Source: the human T2T-CHM13v2.0 reference genome, Homo sapiens. From it: 64,000 nt of DNA. The translations under genes and the position numbers were made by a program. Position 1 is the first letter of the stretch, and each line of letters begins with the position of its first letter. The DNA lies in NCBI RefSeq assembly GCF_009914755.1, contig NC_060926.1; one strand, written 5' to 3'. Shown piece by piece: positions 14,801 through 27,799 of the stretch. The notes beneath the pieces were generated by a model. The model saw only the letters and a program-made list of their open reading frames with translations, ran no database searches and was not told the origin of the DNA.

Positions 14801-15469
14801 AGCTGCTGCAGCTTTTCTGCTGAGTCTATTCAGACCTCTGTTTCTAACTGTTTATTTGAATTCATATGTGCTTCACACTAACTCTCATTCCTCTCCAAAT
14901 TCTAATGATGTTGAATATCCCTTTCCTGAGAGAAGAACCACTAAATGTTATGAAATAGGCAAATTACATGTGGTTTCCCCAAATTGCTCAAAGAAATGAA
15001 CCCTGAGGTCTCCCTCTGACTCAACACTCCCAGATGGCGCCTACCTCTTCAGAGGCCTCTCTCTCCCCAACTCAGCTATAAGCCTCATAAAGCCAGAGAC
15101 AGTCCACATTGTGGTTTTTCCAGGGCTTAGTACATAATTCATTATTAGCACACAATATGTATTTATTGAATAAATGAATGAATCCTCCTAATGTTAAATG
15201 TAGGATGAATGTGTGGACACACTGACAACTGTTTCTTATTATCTCTGACTAGTAAGCTCTCTTGGTTAAATTATTTCAGCAAAGTCATAGTTTGATTATC
15301 TTATGAACTGGTTGTTTGTGTTCTATCCATAGAAATTATTTTCATCCATAATCTACTGGTCTTCTTGAAGCCAGGCACTATAACTGAAAAACCATTTGCA
15401 TCAAGGACCATAACAAAGTTTGTGCTGTGTGACTCGGTAGTTATAATTTTAGGAAATCAATTTTTAGGA

Positions 15470-15970
15470 AAGAATCCCCAAAGCAGGTGATTTATAAATA
15501 TGCCCAAAAGTATTCATGGCAGTATTATTTACTTTAAAATATTGTCCACAACCAAAGAGTAAATAAGCTAATTAAAGCTCATTCATTAATATATACAAAC
15601 ATTTGCTTACTCTCTATTAAGTCCCTACTGTGTCCAGGCACTACCTTAGTCACCTGATAAACACTGGTTAGCAAAACAAACAGCGCTAACACTCTGGAGC
15701 TTGCACAGTTAAAAAAAAATATGTCCTTGAGAGCATTTAGTTAAAGAGAAAAATGCTTGACATTTTATGTTAAGTAAAAAAAGCAGGATACAACATTATA
15801 TTTCAATACAACCTTTATATATCTACAGAAAATTATTAAAGGATAATAAGTCAAAATGTCAATAGAAGTTGTCTCTGAGTGCTGAAATTGAGTTATTTTT
15901 CTTTATGCTTCCCTATAGTTCAATTTTTAAAATAAATTATTTCTAATGAGCAACTTCCATAATCAGATAA
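15470..15970 (+). mobile_element. Old L1 (L1ME-like) 3' fragment with an L2-like segment (~15580-15710, minus)
   Basis: ATGTTAAGTAAAAAAAGCAGGATACAA...CAAAATGTCAATAGAAGTTGTCTCTGAGTG; L2 motif CCTACTGTGTCCAGGCACT...CTCTGGAGCTT. Confidence 0.5.
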
Positions 15971-17499
15971 ACACTGGGGTAGGCAGGAGAGTAATACACT
16001 CACCTGAGTCACAGGAATCTGGAACTCTTGTTCTAAAAATGCCTACTCTGTGTTCCTTGTAGGCAGCATCATTTTTTTTTTAAAGTATAGGTTTCCCAGT
16101 CTACAAAGGCCGTTTTTAGCATTCCTTCGTCTGGCAGCTGAGAATAACAAGCAGTAGCCTGCCATGGACAGTTGCTGCTCAGTGTTAAATGTGTTTGGGG
16201 CCAATAAGTTAATGAGTTGATTGGGCAAATGTAAACTGTGTTTTGAGATATTACGTATTATAATATCCATGGAATTATTTATATAATGCTACTTGTATAC
16301 AAAGTAGATTGAGCATCTCTGAACATACTACACCGGCACACACACACACAAACACTCATCCGATGAAGGGTAACAATTCAATAGCCGGGTGCCAGGGATT
16401 TCCTAAAACGGTCCAGATGTTATATCATTTTATTATTATCAACACAAGTAACTTTTAAACTAAATATTATTTACTTTGTATCTCTTATTAATATTTTGAA
16501 CAAATAGATATTTAAACATTAGGGAAAAAATGCTTTATCAAACCACATGTCCTAATTTTTGTTTCAGAATCTAAGTTCACCTAAAAGAAGAGCAATATAG
16601 AAATGCTCATGAAATAACTTGAATAAAGAGTCTTACCTTTTTAAACCCAAAGAGATTATCAAGAGTGCACAAACATATCCAATTGCTCTGCTATTTGCCT
16701 GTTTGGCTGTGTGTTTTAAAACACATGCATGCACACACACACATAAAAAAAATGTTGAGCAGAAGGAGGGTGTCTTGAAAGCACAATAAGTTAGGTGAAA
16801 ACAGGAATAGGCACAATGATACAAGTATCAGAAATTATATAGCATCTCAGCTCTGGTTAATAGGTTTAGGGGAGATAAGATACGGGATAAAGGGAGAGTT
16901 GGGTGTCTGGGTTTTCTTTATTATTATTGTCATTATAGGAAGCCATTCAATCAATACCTTTGAAAGGAAAAAGAAGCCTCAAATACTTGATTAATAACCA
17001 AAGCGGAATAAGTTCAAGATTATTTATCTAACCAAAAGATTAGCTTTTGGGGCAAGGTTAATGACAGCACATTAGGAAAGAATGTCATGTCACAACCTAT
17101 TGCAGTAGGTACAACTACTGAAATCGCTGTACAGTAAGTGGTCGCAATTTATTGCTGCCCTCCCAACTAGGTGACTTGTAGAAGGAGGTCACTACAGAAG
17201 GAAAGAAAGGGAATACAAAAGACTGTTCAAAATTTTTCTCTAAATTAGTAGCAAAAAGAAAAGCAATCTCTTTCAGCCCCAAGGACCAAAGAGTTTACTG
17301 ACATGTGAACACGCCAAGCTTAGAGAAACACTGTGGGGTCAGAAAGTCTGCGAAGCAGATGCCTTGATTCAGAGGGGACAGCTGGTAGGAAGAGGACTGT
17401 CTTCCCTGGGGAGTACGTATAGATTCCATTCCCTAAATAGCTTAACCTTCTACCATGCAAAGAACACTGCATAAGGGGGAGGGATAAGGACTCAGATTA

Positions 17500-18330
17500 T
17501 TTTTTTCCTGTTGCTGTGTTCATTTTTTGTATTGACAAATACAAATTGCCTTGTTGTGTTTGTTTCTTAATATAACAGCAATACACATTAATACATGTTT
17601 ATTATAGGGAATATAGAGGCAGAACAACACAAAAATAGCAATTAATACTACTTATAATCTAATCACTCAGAGATGCTAAACTTTAACATTCTGACATATA
17701 CCCAGCTGTCTTGTATTTACAATGCATAACATTTTTAAAAAATTGGGAATCAATAGGAACACACTGCTTTGTAACCTGCCTTTTAAATTTTAAATAATAT
17801 CATGGTATCTGGCAATATCATTAAATATTCTTTTAAAACATGATTCTTAACGGATGCATGGAATGCTATATCATATGGACACCCTCTAATTTATGTAACT
17901 ATTCCCACTCATATTTGGAATGATTTTGACTTATGCAATTTTTGTGATACATATTCTCATGTATAAGACTTTGACAAATCTTTTTTTAAATTGTTATTCT
18001 AGATAACTTCCTAGAGTTGAAACTGGGTAAATGGCTATGCACATTTTTCAGGCATTTGGAAGCTGATGTCAAATTTTTCTTCAGAAAAGTCTGCTGATTA
18101 GTATTTCACCAGCAGTGTGTGAGACTTCCTATTCTCCCATATCCTCGATAACATTAAATATCACTCTAAAAAGAATCTATTGGAGTGATAATTATTATAG
18201 TATATTGTAGTTTTCATTGAAATTTTGAAAATTATTGCTAAAGTTTCCCTTACATTTATTCATGTTTTATGTTTTAACACGCAAGAGAAAATCAAAATTC
18301 AATTTTCTATTGCTCACATCTTTCTACATG
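17500..18330 (-). mobile_element. Old L1 (L1ME-like) fragment
   Basis: Decayed reverse L1 3' region (TTTCACCAGCAGTGTGTGAGACTTCCTATTCTCCCATATCCTC). Confidence 0.6.
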
Positions 18331-18401
18331 AAAATAGATGGGGCACACAGACTTATCTCCACTCCTTTCCCACTCCTGAAGTACCATGTTCCTTACTGTC
18401 A

Positions 18402-18775
<374 letters not shown>

Positions 18776-19177
18776 TTTTTTTAATTAAAAAATACAAAAG
18801 TTTAGAAGAGGAAAAGCAGATGGACAAGTGGGAAGTGACTCAGGTTTCAACTTCTGTGGTCTTGAAAGAGAGGACTCAACAAGAAGCAAGTGAATTTTTG
18901 CAAGAGATCACCGTGAAAACTCAAAAATTAGAGGCACTAGTGCCTCTGACAGTCTGTATTAAGAATAATTCAACCTCCACATTCACTGTTTCAACCCACA
19001 GAGCCTGCAGCTGTTCCCCATCCCTCCCAGGGGAAAATGGGGGGAAAGTGGTTAGCTGGAGGGTGGCCACACAGCCTACTGTGCCCAGGTGAGAATACTT
19101 ATTGTGTGGCATTCAGTCCAGTTTAATATTTGTAGATTCGAAACATGTCTTAGTTTGAAAGAAAACTATGCATTTAC

Positions 19178-19924
19178 TGTATTGGGTTGAATTGTGTCCC
19201 CTGCAAGATAACCATTCACCTAGAACCTCAGAATGTGACCTTCCTTGGTATAAGGGTCTTGGTAGGTGTTATAAAGGCAAGGATCTCGAGATGCGATCAC
19301 TCCGAAATAGAATGGGCCATAAATCCAATGAGAAGAGCTCTTAGACAGAAAGATGGAATGAGTGCGGTGACTCACACCTGTAATCCTAGCACTTTGGGAG
19401 GCCAAGGCGGGTGGATCACTTGAGGTCAGGAATTCAAGAACAGCCTGGCCAACATGGAGAAATCCCATCTCTACTAAAAATACAAAAATTAGCTGGATGT
19501 GGTAGCGTATGCCTGTAATCCCAGCTACTAGGGAGGCTGAGGCAGGATAATTGCTTGAACCCAGGAGCAGAGGTTGCAGTGAGCAAAGATCACACCACTT
19601 TACTCCAGCCTGGGTGACAGAGCAAGACTCTGTCTCAAAAAAAAAAAAAAACAGAAAGATGCAGACAGAGACACAGGGGAGAAGGCCATGCGAAGATGAA
19701 GGCAGAGACTGGAGACTGTGCTGCCACCAGCCAAGGAACACCAAGGATAGCCAGCAGCCACTGGAAGCCAGGAGAGAGGCGTGGAACTCTCCTTCAGACC
19801 TTCCAGCAGGAAACCACCCTGCTGAAATCTTAATTTGGAACTTCTGTCCTCCAGAACTGTGAGAGAATACGTTTTGGTTTTAAGCCACCCAGTTTGTGGC
19901 ACTTTGCCCTGGGAAATTAATACA
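19178..19924 (+). mobile_element. MLT1B/C-type solo LTR interrupted by Alu
   Basis: TGTATTGGGTTGAATTGTGTCCCC...CCTCAGAATGTGACCTT; after the Alu GAAGGCCATGCGAAGATGAAGGCAGAGACTGGAG...CCTCCAGAACTGTGAGAGAAT...GGAAATTAATACA. Confidence 0.85.
19356..19650 (+). mobile_element. AluS within MLT1
   Basis: Full Alu; TSD ACAGAAAGATG at 19345-19355 and 19651-19661. Confidence 0.93.
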
Positions 19925-20689
19925 GTCACCCTGATTTGAAGAGGCCATCCCAGGAGCTTGAGAGAGTGAGGCAACTTCCTAGACACAGGAAGGTGAAATG
20001 AATGGGTGGACACCTTCATCAGCCTCCTTTACCTACTTAGCTTCAGAACTCAGTTTTCAAGTTGTTACATCCACCTCTTCCTGGCTCAAGCAGGAGATGG
20101 GAAGACATTTCTCTGGAGAAGCCAACTGCTATAGCTGGTGGTCCTACTGAATACTCTCCTGTGAGGCCTGCAAGTCAGCAAGCTCTGTCCTTGTGGAATC
20201 GGCTTCCAATCACCTTTCCATGTAGCACCCTTCACTATACATGGACACCAAATAATCACAAAAGGCAACAAATTCAGAGAATCAAAAGAATGGCATGCAC
20301 AGAGATATACAAGTTGTTGGAGCATTGCATTCTGTAGGGAACTGTCCCTCCTTCCCACAGCCCAAGATCCCTCTGGTTTCCTCTCAGTTCTTACAGTATG
20401 ACCCAGCTGCCTTAGCCTTGTGACAATTAAAAAAAAAAAACACTTTTATATTTATTTTATTATCTCTTTCAGATGCTATGTACCAGGAAGGTTGGGTCTA
20501 AATTTTATACATTTCTCCTTTCCTCATAGCATTGCCTCCTGAAAATAGTCTCTGTCCACTAGACTAAAGTTGAGCCTCAGTACATTTCTTCTCATACACA
20601 TATTGTCAGCATAACCTTGGTGAATCAACCAGCAAATCCACGTCCTAAGAGTCCCCATGGTGGGGCACATTATCCACAAGAGCTGTTAT

Positions 20690-20900
20690 GAGTTGAGTGC
20701 TTCTAGATGCCAGGCAGCAGGCAGAAAGCTTGACTCAGATTATCTCGTTCAATCTTTGCAGCAACCCTAGAACTAGGAACTGCAATTGTCTCCATTTTAT
20801 AGATAAGGCAACTGAGACATTCCAAGGTTTTCCAACCTGCCCAAGATCATACAGTCCAGATTTAGACCCAGGCAATCTAATTCCAGATCCCGGGTACTTA
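20690..20900 (-). mobile_element. MIR SINE
   Basis: CTCCATTTTATAGATAAGGCAACTGAGAC...ACCTGCCCAAGATCATACAG. Confidence 0.72.
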
Positions 20901-20905
20901 AGGCT

Positions 20906-21278
20906 TGTATCTGTTTGTTTTCACGTTGCTGATAAAGACATACTAGAGACTGGGCAATTTACAAAACATAGAAGTTTAATGGACTTGCTGTTCCACATGG
21001 CTGGGGAGGCCTCACAATCATGGTAGGAGGCAAGGAGGAGCAAGTCATGTCTCACATGGGAGCAAGTCATATCTTACATGGATGGCAGCAGGCAAAAAGA
21101 GAACTTGTGCAGAGGAATTCTTTGAAAAACCATCAGATCTCGTGAGACTTATTCACTATCATGAGAACAGCACAGGAAAGACTTGCCCCCATGATTCAGT
21201 TGCCTCCCACTGGGTCCCTCCCACAACACTTGGGAATTCAAGATGAGATTTGGGTGGGGACACAGCCAAAACATATTA
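20906..21278 (-). mobile_element. THE1 (B/C-like) MaLR solo LTR
   Basis: GCTGATAAAGACATAC...GGCTGGGGAGGCCTCACAATCATGG...GAGATTTGGGTGGGGACACAGCCAAA. Confidence 0.9.
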
Positions 21279-21917
21279 AGCATTAAGCTAGTTCTTTGTC
21301 TGACATCATCTGGAATTCACAATATCCAACTACAGGCCTCATTCACCCCTCCTCCATATAGCATCCCTAGCACTGTAGGTCACATGCACTCCTAGCTTAA
21401 ATCTAAGGGCTCATGCCAAGCAGTCTGAGAGGGAATGTACTAGTCAGTGTCATAGATGGGGCTCTATGTTGTGGAGTGGAAAGTAGCCAAGCCCACAGCC
21501 TCATACAGGATCCCTGGAGGATCCCAGCCAGCAGGGCTTCTGGTCAGTGCTCCTACAAGGGGACTAGACTTGTATTTGGAAAAGTAAAGGGCACAAGAGA
21601 AGAGAAAGGGATCAATAACCATCTTTCTTTTCTTTCCCTCCATTTCCACACAAACTCAGGCAAACACTGCTTACTCCAGATAGTCATGCAGATTGAATAT
21701 AAAGTAGTGATAGTAGTTATGGATAAAAATCTAACCCGGTTCCCAAGTCCCTCTGTGGATATAAATTAGGCCTTCAGGAAAGTAGATGAACTCCTCCTTG
21801 GGGCCTCTAGAATACCACAGCTTGCTGGCACAAGTGATTATACCCAGTGGTAGAATTAATTATGCCTTAAAAGAGGGGCTCAGATGTACCTTTGAGGAAA
21901 CTTTTGATCTTGCAAAC

Positions 21918-22398
21918 AGTGGTTGGCTGAATAATGGTCCCCCAAAGATGTTGAGGATGTAACCTCCAGAACCTGGGAATGTTACTTTATGTGGCAAAAA
22001 AACTTTGCAGGTATGATTAAATTAAGAATCTTGAGATGTGAGGATTATCCTGCATTGCCAAGGTGAGCCTTAAATGTTTTCACAGTGTTCTTGTAAGGGA
22101 TAGGTAGATTTACCTCCAGATGAAGGCAATATGAAGACTGAGGCAAGATGCAATGCTGCTGGTTTTGAAGATGAGGAAAGGTCCACAACAGGAGGAATGG
22201 AAGAAACACTCTAGAGGCTGGAAAATGCAAGGAAATGGATTCTGCCCTGGAGAATTGGAGGTCACATGGCCTTCCTGACACCTTGATGTAGGTCCAATGA
22301 AACTGATTCTAGACTTCTGACCTCCAGAACTCTAACGGAGTAAAGGTGTGTTGTTTAAAGCCAGCAAGTTTGTTACCGCAGCCATAGGAAATGAATAC
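21918..22398 (+). mobile_element. MLT1D-like solo LTR
   Basis: GAATAATGGTCCCCCAAAGATG...CTTTGCAGGTATGATTAAATTAAG...GACTTCTGACCTCCAGAACT...GCCATAGGAAATGAATACA. Confidence 0.82.
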
Positions 22399-22644
22399 AC
22401 AGACTCATACCCATTCACGAAGAACAGCTAGTTTATCCTGCATTTATTTCATAGCCTCATTTTCCTTTTTATAAAATAAGTAGCGAATCTGGTCATTAGG
22501 TGCTTTGTGAACAAAGAAGGGCAATAGCTGCTCAATCAAATGCCACCACTATCTTCTAGAAGGCTTGCTTCTCACTTCTTCTGACCTTTGGCCTATAGGC
22601 TTGGAGGAAAGTGTAAGTACAAGGCAGTTTTCAGAGGTGTCCAC

Positions 22645-23080
22645 TGTATAGCAGAGGCACCTGGCAGCCCTAACTGAAGCAGACCCTGAGAATGGCCCTA
22701 TGGTCTTAAGGAGGATGTGTGTTTGGAGTCCCAAGCTAAGGAATTCAGGAGTGTCCAACCCAGAGTTTCACACCTTGTCTATCAAGGACATCTGAACCCT
22801 TGGCCCATCCCTTGGAATGCATACCACACAGGGGATCTAGGCCCTCTGTTTTGGGTTAAATGGAGGTTGCTGGGTGGAGGGTACTAAGTGAAAATGCTGT
22901 AGAAACTGCATGCTTTTTACAAATGGTAGTGGTTCTTCTGTTCAACCTGCTGCATTGGACTATCCCTGGATGTAAATTCCCCCAGTAAACCCTATGTTTC
23001 ATTCACTGTCTTGGGTCTCTTCTTCAGTGTCTCAAACATGGTGCAACCCCTCTTGGAGTCAGCAGAGGTCCGGTACAACA
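22645..23080 (+). mobile_element. ERVL-class solo LTR (LTR47-like)
   Basis: TG...CA termini with perfect 5-bp TSD TCCAC (22640-22644, 23081-23085); internal CCCTGAGAATGGCCCTATGGTC and AAGTGAAAATGCT...AAACTGCATGCTTTTT match my recall of LTR47A. Confidence 0.8.
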
Positions 23081-23903
23081 TCCACACATCCCAAAGCTCA
23101 TTAAGATTTTCTGGTTTTCCTCAACAGCAGGTAGCAAAGCAAAAAACTGCAAATTCACCTGTTATTATGATGGTGCAGTTCTAAACCGCTTCTCCCTTTA
23201 TTGCCATACTACGTAGGTGTACAGAGGCAAAATCACAGTGCTACGATGATGTCCACAGATCAATGGCAATGTATAACATTCCTCTCACTTATCTTCAACA
23301 GGAGGGAAACAAAGATAGAAGACAAAATGGTCTTAGCCACTGTAACCCAAGTCCTGTTGTTTGAGTCAAGTTGACTTCGAGTAAGAGGTTTGAGAAAATT
23401 GCTCAAGACTTTGATAAACAGCGTTTGGCCACATTCTGGGTACTTCAGATCTTCTGGCAGCATTGGGTGATAGAAGGCAGGCTGGTCTTAGATTTAGATA
23501 AGTTCACATTTGATACTTCACATCTAACTCACAATGCTTTCACCTGTAAAGTGAGAGGGTCAGATTAGATTGGTGGTTGCACACTAAAATTTCTTATATA
23601 ACTGATTTTATTGGCATGTGTTGTCTAAATCTAGTTTAAACATAATTGCTCAATGTACCAATTAGAAATAGTGCTGCTTTTCTAGAACATAAAGGCAATT
23701 AAAATTATTTTTCCTTTTATAGATAAAAATGCATTTGTGGTCCATGAAACTGTTAGCTTTGTGTTACTTACATGGCAAGAGCTTCCTCTTTCTCTTTCAT
23801 CTTTGTAAAGGAAAGTGTTTAACTTGCTGGAAGGCAGAGCTGGAAGGTTGAAAAGACCCTCCGCACACATGAACATTTCCCCAAAGTCTGGGAGATTGGA
23901 GTG

Positions 23904-24225
23904 TGAAACGGTTTGGCTGTGTCTCCACCCAAATCTCTTCTTGAATTGTAGCTCCCATAATTCCCACATGTTGTGGGAGGAACCCAGTGTGAGATAATTA
24001 AATCATGGGGCTGGTTCTGATGGTTTTATAAGGGGAAGCCCCTTTTGCTTGGCTCTCATTCTCTCTTTTGCCTGCTGCCATGTGAGACGTGCATTTTGCC
24101 TTCCACCATGATTGTCAGGCCTTCTCCAGCCACGTGGAACTGTGAATCCATTAAACCTCTTTTTCTTTATAAATTACCCAGTCTCTGGTATGTCTTTATG
24201 AGCATCATAAAAGTGGACGAACACG
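23904..24225 (+). mobile_element. THE1 (B/C-like) solo LTR with internal deletion
   Basis: GGTTTGGCTGTGTCTCCACCCAAATCTC...GTGGAACTGTGAATCCATTAAACCTC; TSD GAGTG at 23899-23903 and 24226-24230. Confidence 0.9.
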
Positions 24226-25149
24226 GAGTGATTCTGTGGGTGCACACAAAGCTGGGATTCCTTCCTGTTCCCTTAACACAAATGCTCTTCTTTCTGTATT
24301 ACATCAGTGCCCTGCCTTTTGACTGCCCTAAATTAACTGCTACGAATCAAAAATATCAAAGTTTACAGAAGAGAAGTCCACTATCTCTCTCTGTACAGTG
24401 GCCTGGCTAAGGGCTCTGAAAAAGAATCCTGGCTCCACCAGCAGGTGGTTAGGTGACCTTGAACAAGCCACTTAGTTTCCCTAAGCCTGGCTGGGACCAC
24501 TTGAAATGGGGAGTTGGGTGATCTCCATTCGCTTTTGGCCCTTAATGCCTCTCTGACTTGTCAATTGCTGTTTTTGGCCTCGCCAAAATCCAAAAAGGGT
24601 AGGAGGAGAGGTAACCAGGCAAAAAGTTCTGACGTGCTTAGTACTGTCATGAAGTGGTCCCATGCCCTCTGGGAATAAGAGATGTTTCAGGCTGACATTG
24701 TCTCTCATGTGTGGGGACTTCGGAAACCTGCTCCTGGGTTACACCAAATACAACTTTTTCAAGAGCAAGGCTTCCTTCATCTGTCAGCTTGTGTTCCCAG
24801 AAAGACACTCCACAGCTGGATCCTTAGGTTTGTGTCAGACACCTGTGACCACTGTGCCCTGTGACTGCTGGGGAACACAGTTCTTTGAGTGAGATTAGAC
24901 TTAGCTCAAAAAGTATCCTTAAATTCCAGCCTTTGAAGAAGGCTGGGGCTTCCAGCAAACCTCTCTCCACAAGATCCTCCTGACAAATCATCTACAAAAT
25001 TCCATATTCTTGACCCTTTTATGTTCTTCATCTAAGCAAAGGTCATTTGAGTAAGATATCCAAGAGCTATATAACTGGCTCTAGAATATATCTTTTGAAA
25101 ATATGCATGTGGATGACCTTCTCATTGATAAATTTGCTATCTAATATTT

Positions 25150-26259
25150 ATAGCGCCTTTACAAATTGAAATATAATTTATTCACCTGTTTAAAGTGCAC
25201 AATTTGGTGGATTTTAGTGTAGTCATGAGATTGTGCAACCATTGCCACTATTTAGTCTTCAAAAGAAACCCAATTCCCATTAGCAGTCACTCCCATTCTT
25301 TCCTCGACACAGCCTCTGACAAATACTAATTTACCTTCTGTCTCTATGGGTTTGCCTATTATGAGAATTTCACAGAAATAGAATCACATGTGATTTTTTA
25401 CTTGGCACAATATTTTCAAGGTTCACCATGTTGTAGCATGAGTCATAACTTCATTCCTTTTTATGGCCTAATAATACCATGGTATAGGTATACCACATTT
25501 TCTTTATTCATTCATCAGTTGATGGACATTGGGTTGTTTTCATTTTGAGGCTATTGTAAATAATACATAAGAGTTTTTGTGTGTATGTACACTTTCAGTT
25601 CTTAATTACATACCTAGGACGGAATTGCTGGATGACATGATAACTTTATGTTGAGACTCTGAGAAAATGCCAGGCTGTTTTTTAAATGGCTGCAACCATT
25701 TTACAATCCCAAGGTATGACAATTCTGACTTCTCTATGTCCTTGCTAACCCTTGTTATTGTCTGTCTTTTTTATTATAGGCATTGTCATGGGTGTGAAGT
25801 GAAATGTTGTGATTTTGATTGGCATTTCTCTGATGACTAATATGTTGATCATCTTTTCATATCCTTATTGGCCATTCATATATCTTCTTTGGAGAAATGT
25901 CTAATCAAATTCTTGGCTCATTTTTAATTGGGTAATTCATCTTTTTGTTGTTGACTTGAATGTTCTTTATGAATTCTGAATACTAGATTAATCAGATATA
26001 TGATTTATACATATTTTATCTTTTTCTGTAGGTTGTCTTTTCACTTTGTTGGTAGTATTCTTTGAAGCACAAAGGTTTTAAATTTTGATGTTGTTTAATT
26101 TATTTTTTATTTGTGCTTTAGGTGTCATATGTAAGAAATAACTGCCCAATCCAAGGTCATAAATATTTATACCTATGTCTTATTTTAAGAGCTTTATCAT
26201 TCTTGCTGTTAAAATAAGGTATTTGGTCAATTCTGAGTGATTTTTATATGCAGTGTGAG
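25150..26259 (-). mobile_element. L1MB-like LINE-1 fragment
   Basis: Reverse L1 3' UTR and ORF2 end (GTTGATGGACATTGGGTTGTTT, ATATCTTCTTTGGAGAAATGTCTA, TTTGAAGCACAAAGGTTTTAAATTTTGATG). Confidence 0.85.
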
Positions 26260-26959
26260 CATTTATTGTATCTTGACACTGCATTAAAAATTCCAGGTCA
26301 GCATCCTGTTGCATAAGGACATAAATTATATTTTTATAAATAAGAGGTGGCAAAAATATGCCACTAAAGAAAAGTATTTAAACACCTTAAATAGCTATTA
26401 GTTACTAAAATTAAAATATTATTTATATGTACATTACAAATCATCCTACGTATTGAAAGAGATAACCTAAGGTCCTTATAAGGCAACAAATTATTGCCTC
26501 TATTTGACTTACTATTTTTACTTGAAAGTAATAGAAGTGATATTTCTTTAAAAAGTCATAATGTGTAACTTTTAATGCATTTGAGTTACTCCAACACTTA
26601 ATAACTCATTTCTCTAAGGAAAAATACCTGTACAAATGAAAATACTGGTCTTATGGCTATAACCTACATTAGGCATATGTTAACAAAAATATTTTTACGC
26701 AGAATTGTTTTTGCTAAAATTTGGGTACTTGGCAAAGAGAAATATTCTTGCAGCATTCTCAGTCCTTCTTAAGTGAAGTCTTAGATAAAGTGTCAAGAAA
26801 GAGAACTGTTGGCAAGCTGCCATCAGAGTTCATTGCATTCAGAAATTCAAGAAAGCACAAAGAAATTTCTAACTCTGTAGGTGTGAGAGGAGAAAAGGGG
26901 AAGGAAAAGTAGTGTTCAAAGATGTAAGAAAAAAATCTTATGATAGAGACAGCTGAAAA

Positions 26960-27210
26960 ATAATGAAAAATGTGCTTTTGGGGTCAGGCTTTCTGTGTCT
27001 GCAACTCTGTTCCACCATGGCCAGTTCTGAACTCAAGCAAGTTAACTTCTATAAGCCTCAGGTTCTTCCTCTGTAAAATAGGTTTTGTGGTAGTCTGTCT
27101 TGTAAGATTGCTGTGAAGATTAAATGAGTTAATGCATGTAGAGCACCTAGCTCGATCCCTTGCTTATAGAGAGAGCCCAATAAATGTTAGCTTTATTATT
27201 AATTATTATT
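26960..27210 (+). mobile_element. MIR SINE
   Basis: GCAAGTTAACTTCTATAAGCCTCAGGTTCTTCCTCTGTAAAATAGG...GAAGATTAAATGAGTTAATGCATGTAGAGCAC. Confidence 0.75.
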
Positions 27211-27799
27211 CTAAACAACAGAAAGCTTGCACAGGGCTTCCACATTGCCAAAAATTCTTGGCTTCAGCAGTTAAATTCCAATTTCTTGGAGTTATTATAT
27301 CATATATAATTTCAGGATAAGACCCCAAGCAAAACTTTTCTGTATGCAGGTAAATTGGATTGTCATTCCAGCCTTTGGTCATGAAATTTGGGGATCTAAT
27401 ATTACACTCAGGGAAAAAGCTTGGAAGACCCATAGAGTAGTTATTACACCATGAACACTGAGGAAGAGCCACCTAAGTAAAAATGGGGGAGCCAAAATGG
27501 CAGAAAAATGAATCCTATAAATTCAGTGAATCAGTAGGAAAAAGCAAGACACCTAAATTCTAGCCCAACTCTGACAATAGGCAAGACAGACCACTTACTT
27601 GGGATTTCATCAGATGATCATTAAAATCAACTCCAGACAAAACGCCCTATGTTTACAATTTCAAAATGATTGTGTCCATTCATTTATTTTCAACTGAACG
27701 CAACACTGTACAAGAAAAGAACATTTTGAAGATTATCACTTAGAGTGAGAGTACATATAATCATATTAGCACAGAATTTTTAACTTCCTTTTTAAGTTA

